A DNA stretch of 43,372 bases from Octopus bimaculoides (Eukaryota), in assembly GCF_001194135.2 (NCBI RefSeq), contig NC_068986.1, positions 31,119,755 to 31,163,126 of the forward strand, read 5' to 3'. Position 1 is the stretch's first letter; the number at the start of each line of letters is the position of its first letter. Under the pieces are notes generated by a model, which saw only the letters and a program-made list of their open reading frames with translations, ran no database searches and had not been told where the DNA came from. Position numbers and translations under genes: made by a program. Shown in pieces: positions 36,886-43,372 of the stretch.

Positions 36886-37578
36886 TAGTTTGGATGTTAG
36901 TCTTTTGATGCTATATATACTACATATAAATAGGTGTACTTAAAATTGCTTCAGTCTAAAGTAGAGTACACAGCCAAGAAAAGTTCTTGAAAATTATAAC
37001 TTATATTTCCTACCCTGAAATTTTTTAGACTTCATTTACGTTTTGTTTTTTTAGTAGTTTGTCTTTGGACTGTGGCCATACTGGGGCACCACTTTCAAGG
37101 GATTTTACGTTTTATCAACCCCAGTGTCTTGTCTGGTACTTATTTTAGCAACTTCTATTTATTGAATAGCGACATCTACCTAAGAAATTTAACTTTGGGA
37201 ATGAAATTCCACGAAGTCTTTTTGTTTTGTGTGTGTTTGTGCATGTACATGCCTACGCATGTATGAATATATGAAACAGTACTGAACTACAAACAGTAAT
37301 GTTTGTTGACATCCTCTTCGACAAATTGTCTTCAAGTTTTTAACTTTTGAAGATGAGTGGAATGAAAGAACTCCTCACTTGAAAAATAGTTAAGAATTAA
37401 TAAGAGTTAGCTACAGAGTACTTTCAGTAGACCAATACCTCAAAAACATGTATTTGTTTAATCCACACTAGCATAGAAAAATGTATTTGAAACAAATGAA
37501 TGCAATTTATTAGAAGTATTTCATAAATTTATAAATATTTAAATATATGGTGATGGTTGTGTGTTCTTAATTTTAAAG

Positions 37579-37668
37579 GCTTCCATCAAGAAAATAGAAG
37601 AGGAAAATGTTCCAATAATGTATATGAGTACACTCACTGAAGAAGGAGTCATGAATGTCAAAAATGAG
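37579..37668 (+). CDS. GTPBP4: GTPBP4 exon 9 (ASIKKIEEENVPIMYMSTLTEEGVMNVKNE)
   Basis: ttttaaag| acceptor, |gtaagt donor, 90 nt; STLTEEGV conserved G5 region. Confidence 0.97.
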
Positions 37669-38441
37669 GTAAGTGTTTGAATATTTGTCATTGGTCTGTG
37701 GCCATACTGGAGCATTGCATTGAAGGATTCGGTCAATCAAAATGATCACACTACCTTTCTTTTTAAAGTCTGATACTTGTTTGCTTTTTGTGGATCTGCA
37801 AAGTTTCAAAGACAAACCAACATTGGTTGTAAAGTGTTGAGCGACAAACATTCCAGCACAGACACACATGCACATGAGTGATGGGCTTCTGTACTGTTTG
37901 TCTACTAGGTATACTCATACAGCATTGGTCAGCCCAGGACAATAATAGAAGATACTTGCCCAAGATGCCATGCAGTGGGACTGAACTTAAATTCATACGG
38001 TCACAAAGCATATTTCTTAACTGTACAGCCATCCCTTAAGTCTAAAAATACTGACATTTTTTATTTATGTAATTTAACTTTAAATATAACTGTTCTTTAC
38101 AAACCAATACTAATGGGAGAAGCCTCCATGTGGTTAGTTGACCTGTTAGAAACAGTAGCGACATTTCTTTTTAATCAAACCCTACCATATTAGTAGAATA
38201 TATTTCTAGATATTTAAAAAAAAAAAACAAAAAAAACAGGATGGTCAAACCTGGAATGGTTTGACCATAGGTTTTGCTCAGTCAGAACTGACTTGAGAAT
38301 TAACACTTAAAAGTATTTTAGTATTAATTTGTAATTTATTTGGTGTTGATGAAAAAATAATTTGTTTTACCCGTCATGATTCGTTTCATAATATTGGGCT
38401 GGCAATGAGGAAATGTTATTTTCATATTTTGTCTAATCTAG

Positions 38442-38549
38442 GCTTGTGATCGTCTGTTAGCTTATCGAGTGGAAACAAAGATTCGTCAGAAAAAAGATGA
38501 CTTATTATCACGATTAAGAGTTGCAATGCCAAACAAGAGAGATGATAAG
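38442..38549 (+). CDS. GTPBP4: GTPBP4 exon 10 ([36 protein letters not shown])
   Basis: tctag| acceptor, |gtaagg donor, 108 nt; matches ACDRLLAHRVETK...RDDK. Confidence 0.97.
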
Positions 38550-38996
38550 GTAAGGTTTCTGATGTTTTATCAGAATGTAATCAAAATATGATATTTGCAA
38601 TTTAATGTTTGTTAGAGAGTTTTGTTTACTATATTTCTTGAAAGACACCTTCACATATGGAAACCTTCCTTTTGGGTGACTGTTTCTCTTTCTTACACGG
38701 ATTTTTGTTATGTGTAACATTTTGTTGTGAATCGCAATATGTTTTGCTTCATTATTGTGAGTTCAAACACATTACAACCATTGTGTTTAAGTTCACATCT
38801 TTCTTGAAGGAATAACAGTAGATAAAGCAACCCGCTATAACCCCACACCTTCTTAAAATTGGAATTTAAGGACAATGTACCAATTCTGTTATGAGGAGCA
38901 AAAATATATAAACAGCAAAACCACCACTAATTATAGCAAGATGATCTGTGATGAAATGATTTTTTTTTTCTTTCTTTTTTTTTTTTTTTTTAATAG

Positions 38997-39074
38997 GAAA
39001 GATCAGTTCATATCCCTGAAGCTGTTCTTCAGAAAAGGCAAAAAATGGAAACCGATGGGCAAAAGAAGAAATTG
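38997..39074 (+). CDS. GTPBP4: GTPBP4 exon 11 (ERSVHIPEAVLQKRQKMETDGQKKKL)
   Basis: long T tract + taatag| acceptor, |gtaaga donor, 78 nt; aligns to [21 protein letters not shown]. Confidence 0.94.
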
Positions 39075-39559
39075 GTAAGATTTACTTATTTGTCTTCAGT
39101 GGAACTGTTTACATTACTAAAGTTAGCTTCCGAGACTTAAGAGAGTGGGTGTGAAATTTTTGCCTTTGAAAAAAGAAATGGATGATAAATCTTTCTTGCA
39201 ACACTTGGAATCTGTCATAGTCAAACCCATTATCTTTAAGTCACAAATTCAGATGGGGAATTGGCAGTCATTTAGAATGTGTTGGATAGAATGCTTTGCA
39301 GTATTTCTCCTTTTTCTTTACATTCTGAGTTCAGATCCCACCTTGGCCTGCTTAGGTGGTAGACTTAATCCATTACCCAGTTTTACACCATCACCACTTG
39401 ATCTGTGGGTGTCTTTAGCAGAGTCCACTTTGTTGCAAACATTTGAGCTAGATTTTCAGTTTGAGGATACCTTCCTCCACACTGAGTTGTAAAAGGTCTT
39501 AGGCATTAATCTTCCCTCCTGATTAAAGGATTACAAAAAGTTGTAAAACCCCCATTAAA

Positions 39560-40010
39560 ATGTTGCTTACGTCTGTAGACTGGTGCTACTGCTATACACT
39601 AACATCCAAGACAAGTGGTTTCCAATGTCTCTGCCTCCCTAACTTCCCATGCTTAATGTGCCTCTGGCAAATGATGTCAGTTGCATTGTTGAAACTTAAA
39701 ACCTAATGACATCACAAACTACTTTCTGTGACACACTGATTGGAAACTAGTGTCCTTCACCAAATCCAAGCTGGCAATGATTTAATAACCAGCAGCCTTC
39801 AATTACTAGCTCATAGGTATGTCATTTTTGCTATTGCATGTCCTCTGAACTAACTAGCTTCCTACTTCACTCTGTCCCATTTTCCCTACCTATCATTCCT
39901 TCTATGATCACCTTTACTATCTCACCACACTAAACACTGCTATTATCTATATTTCAACTGAACATCAATTTCATCAGTCTGGAAAGACTTGCAAAGATCT
40001 CCAGGCATTG
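39560..40010 (+). mobile_element. Highly decayed CR1/L2/Jockey-group LINE 3' region
   Basis: Fragments VLHQIQ...ITSSLQLLAHR and MSSELTS recall the LxxIQ...LQPLAHRR...CSSEL C-terminal pattern; frames are broken. Confidence 0.4.
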
Positions 40011-40067
40011 CCTCTCCTTCTTTTGATTATTTTATAAATAGACCAAAATATTTCTGTTTCTTTGCAG

Positions 40068-40119
40068 GAAAAAGACATTGAACAAGAAATGGGAGATGAT
40101 TACATTTTAGATTTGAGAA
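40068..40119 (+). CDS. GTPBP4: GTPBP4 exon 12, NOGCT domain start (EKDIEQEMGDDYILDLR+A)
   Basis: tttgcag| acceptor, |gtaagt donor, 52 nt; EMGDDYILDL conserved. Confidence 0.97.
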
Positions 40120-40962
40120 GTAAGTAAATTATTTGACTGTAAATGTTTGATTGAATTTGAATTAAGGCCATGAATATAGTGATATTACCTTTAGAGTGTT
40201 AATAATAATTATTTCTAACAAAGGTAAAAGGCTACAAATTTAAGGGAAGGACAAGACTTAATTGATTAAAAATTAATCCCAGTACTTGACTGGTGCTTCA
40301 TTTTATCAACCTTGGAAGAAGAAAAGGTAAAAGTGTTTTGGTAAAATTTGAACTCAGCAAGTAAGAGTTGTAACTAAATACTTATAAAATATTTTGTCCA
40401 ATTCTTATAATTCACTCTAATAATAATAATTTTCTAATATTGGCACATGGTCTGAATTTTATGTGTGTGTGTGTGTGTGTGTGTATTAGTCTGTTACATC
40501 AATTCCAGTACATGACCATTGCTATATTTTATTGACAAGTAGGAGCAGGTTTTGCATTGCAAAAACACAACCAGGGCTACACCAAGGATGTCAAATGTGA
40601 TCAGAAATGTTGTAAAATACTCCATTATAGTATTTGATTACTTTCTGAGTTCAAATCTCGCACTAACAGTCAAGAACTGGAATCCACATAAAAGCACCCA
40701 GCACACTCTGAAAAGTGGTTGGTGTTAGGAAGGGCATCCAGCTGTAGAAACCATGCCAAATCAGACTGGAGCCTGGTGCAGCTCTGGTCAAACCGTCCAA
40801 CCCAGCATGGACAATGGCTGTTAAATTATGATGATGGTAATATATCTTTGAAGGCAGGGCTCCAGCATGGTCACAGTCCTCAAACTGAAATTAGTAAAAT
40901 AGAATGAAAATGATTTGAATTGTTCACATTGTCTATTATTTATTTCTAAACTTTTGTTACAG

Positions 40963-41063
40963 AAACCTGGGATTTGACGAATCCAGAAGAAAAATATGAT
41001 GTCATGCCAGAAATATGGGAAGGACATAATGTAGCTGATTTTATTGACCCAAATATAATGCAG
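40963..41063 (+). CDS. GTPBP4: GTPBP4 exon 13, NOGCT domain ((K)[33 protein letters not shown])
   Basis: ttacag| acceptor, |gttagt donor, 101 nt, phase 1-0; [13 protein letters not shown] motif. Confidence 0.98.
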
Positions 41064-41361
41064 GTTAGTTAATCTCAAACTGATTGCATTGTGTAGTCAT
41101 TATCAAGCATAATACTTAGTATTTAATTAAATTATACCATGGTGTAACAAATAGTAAATCTTACTATGGAAAATCTGTCTTAACATATTCCATCATTTAA
41201 CCCTCGCTTTCATTACAAGCATTCTAAAATGGATGTTAAATAATGATGATTTTTGAGAAAAAAAAGAAAATTTTTTATTTTTTAAATACAATTCAAATGT
41301 ATTTGAATATTTTTCTTTTTAAATTTTCAAATGGTGTTATGTCTAACAATTGTATTTATAG

Positions 41362-41474
41362 AAACTGGAAGCATTAGAGAAAGAAGAAGAGCTGAGAATT
41401 GCTGCAGGATATTATAACAACTTAGATGAAGAAGAAGATGAAGACATGAAGAAAATTAGAAAAGTTGCCGCCAA
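41362..41474 (+). CDS. GTPBP4: GTPBP4 exon 14 (KLEALEKEEELRIAAGYYNNLDEEEDEDMKKIRKVAA+AA)
   Basis: tttatag| acceptor, |gtaatt donor, 113 nt; matches KLEELEKEEELRTAAGEY. Confidence 0.96.
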
Positions 41475-42020
41475 GTAATTAACCTTAAAGATTTTTGCTT
41501 AAATATGCTCATTTTATTTTCACTGCTTTATTTGTACTATGTGTTACTTAAGCATTAATAAATGTTATTATTAGTGATTTGTGTAGATTAGTAGAAGCAG
41601 TAGGGTGATAGATCAAAGACCTCTCACTATTTAGTTATGTCCCTATACAGCTTGAGCTCAAATCCTGTTGAGGTGGACTTTGCCTAAAGTATGCACCAAT
41701 GAAGTTGATGATTAGTATGATTGACTATAAGCTTCCCCTAAAACTTATGACCTTGTACCCTTGTTATAGATCGATATTATTAGGCTAATGGAAAGGTCCT
41801 TTTACTTTCTGCATTCAAATCTGACTGAAGTTGACTTCACTTTTCACATCTATATGGTTGATAACAGAACTCTTTATTTCACAGTTTACTAGTTTATCAG
41901 TAAGAAAGGATTGAATTGTAGTGATTTCTCATGGAAAAATGGATAACATGAATACTAAAATTACCTTTTCTTTCATATCTTAATACTCCATCCCTATTGT
42001 TTTTAAATAAATAGTATTTA

Positions 42021-42200
42021 TTGTATTTTAATGTGTATAAGGAACCCTTTTTTGTCAAAAATTAGGTTAAAAAAATATGGGAGTTTCTTATACATGAATA
42101 GTATAATAATCCCTTATAAAACCTTTTTTCCAAAATTTTAAGCACCCCAAATTAGGGGTTTCCTTATACATGAGGGTTGCTTATGTGCGTTAAAATACGG
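42021..42200. mobile_element. Degenerate TA-flanked MITE
   Basis: Right end reads (reverse) TA-CCGTATTTTAACGCACATAAGCAACCC; left end TA-TTGTATTTTAATGTGTATAAGGAACCC differs mainly by CpG-type transitions. Confidence 0.6.
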
Positions 42201-43139
42201 TATTTTAATTATCAGCAAAGTTATCGTTCTTGCTTTTCTTTTCTATGCTGGCATGGGTTAGAAACTTGTTGAGGTAAATTTTCTATGGCCAGCCTTTACT
42301 TAACTTGTTTTCCACTTAAGGTATTTTCACACCACTGGTCCTCACAAATTGAAAGCAGCAAAGCTGCTGAACCTATGGGATTATTGCTTACCAGAGAAGG
42401 ATGTTTAAAAAAAAAACACATGGAAATGAATTCACACACATACACGTATATGTTGATATTATGAACTTCTCAAGTTTCCATCTCCACTTCTTCTCACAAG
42501 GCATTTGTCAAGTCAAAGCCATAGAAAATACTTGCCTAAGATTCTATCCAATGGGCGAAACTCCGAATGGAACATGGTGATTGCAACAAGAGTGTCAGCT
42601 GTCATACCTGCATCTGTTGATTCATCATCATCATTGTTTAACATCTGCCTTCCATACTGGCATGAGCAGGACAGTTTGACGAGAGCCATTTTAGCAGAAG
42701 CCTGCACTAGACTTCTGTGACTGTTTTAGCAGGATTTTTACAGCTAGATGCCTTTCCAAATGCCAACCATTTTACAGAGTGGACTGGATGCTTTTTTAAG
42801 TGGCACCTGCACTGACAGGGTCACCAAGTAACTTGAGATTAATCTTGTTAAATCTTCTTAATTATTATTACCATACGATTTATGCATTGTTGTCTCTCAA
42901 ATATTTAAAATCTACAATTAAGAGCCCTCTCTACTCGCTGGCGGTACCTACCCACCACCACTACCCATTTTCCTTTATTCAAAAATTCTTATCGCTCCTT
43001 AAAATTATGGCTTTTAAGTGTTGATTTCTCAGCCCAAGAATTACAGCGTGATGTGCTGCTTGACTGGTCCCCCCTCTCTCTCTCTCTTTATATATATATA
43101 TGATGATGATGATGATGACTATTTTGTTTTCTTTTTTAG

Positions 43140-43284
43140 AATACATGAAAAGAGACAACTGATGATCTTAGAGTCACGAGAAAGGCGAAAGGCATCAAAA
43201 ATACCAAGATCTAAATTAGTTGTTGGAACTGTTGGTGATTTGGAGCAACAAATGGATGACTTGGGCTTACAGTTAGAACGTGCA
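43140..43284 (+). CDS. GTPBP4: GTPBP4 exon 15 ((K)IHEKRQLMILESRERRKASKIPRSKLVVGTVGDLEQQMDDLGLQLERA); gene continues beyond window
   Basis: ttttttag| acceptor, |gtaagt donor, 145 nt, phase 2 matches exon 14; aligns to IREKKKLKILESKEK...LEKEMRSLGV; no stop reached. Confidence 0.92.
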
Positions 43285-43372
43285 GTAAGTTTTTTGCTGA
43301 ATACATTTTGATTGATTTAACTTCAGTTTTAAACATTTTATTATACAGAATCAGTGTAAGTTAGTTTGAATG

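Noticed and set aside
24433-43139. Intronic C/D or H/ACA snoRNAs expected in a ribosome biogenesis host gene
   Set aside because: By eye I found no box C/box D pair with terminal stem and no two-hairpin H/ACA layout; an Infernal scan is still needed to exclude them.

Overview
AT-rich, repeat-dense animal genomic DNA with three assembly gaps (24052-24167, 27309-28140, 30897-31459). The SINE/RTE repeat families look like those of an octopod cephalopod (inference from memory, not a database hit). The one clearly recognisable gene is GTPBP4/NOG1 (nucleolar GTP-binding protein 1) on the + strand. I traced 14 coding exons from the ATG at 24385 to 43284, all with GT-AG boundaries and matching phases; the gene runs off the window end. 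Expected exon 2 (about 57 codons) is absent from the called sequence and probably lies in the 27309-28140 gap. The rest is tRNA-derived SINEs, 5'-truncated RTE LINE ends, a decayed mariner transposase, MITEs and microsatellites, which explain most supplied ORFs. Best leads: (1) in GTPBP4 intron 7, a ~400-bp element joining a tRNA-like Pol III head to a Penelope-type minimal hammerhead ribozyme core, with an inverted partial copy and 11-bp flanking direct repeats; (2) a candidate unrecognised spliced gene on the - strand (about 13.3-19.0 kb), head-to-head with GTPBP4; (3) a TOP/TCT-like pyrimidine tract plus a 9-codon uORF just before the GTPBP4 ATG; (4) a 62-bp minisatellite carried in an RTE 3' UTR. 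All alignments were done by eye.
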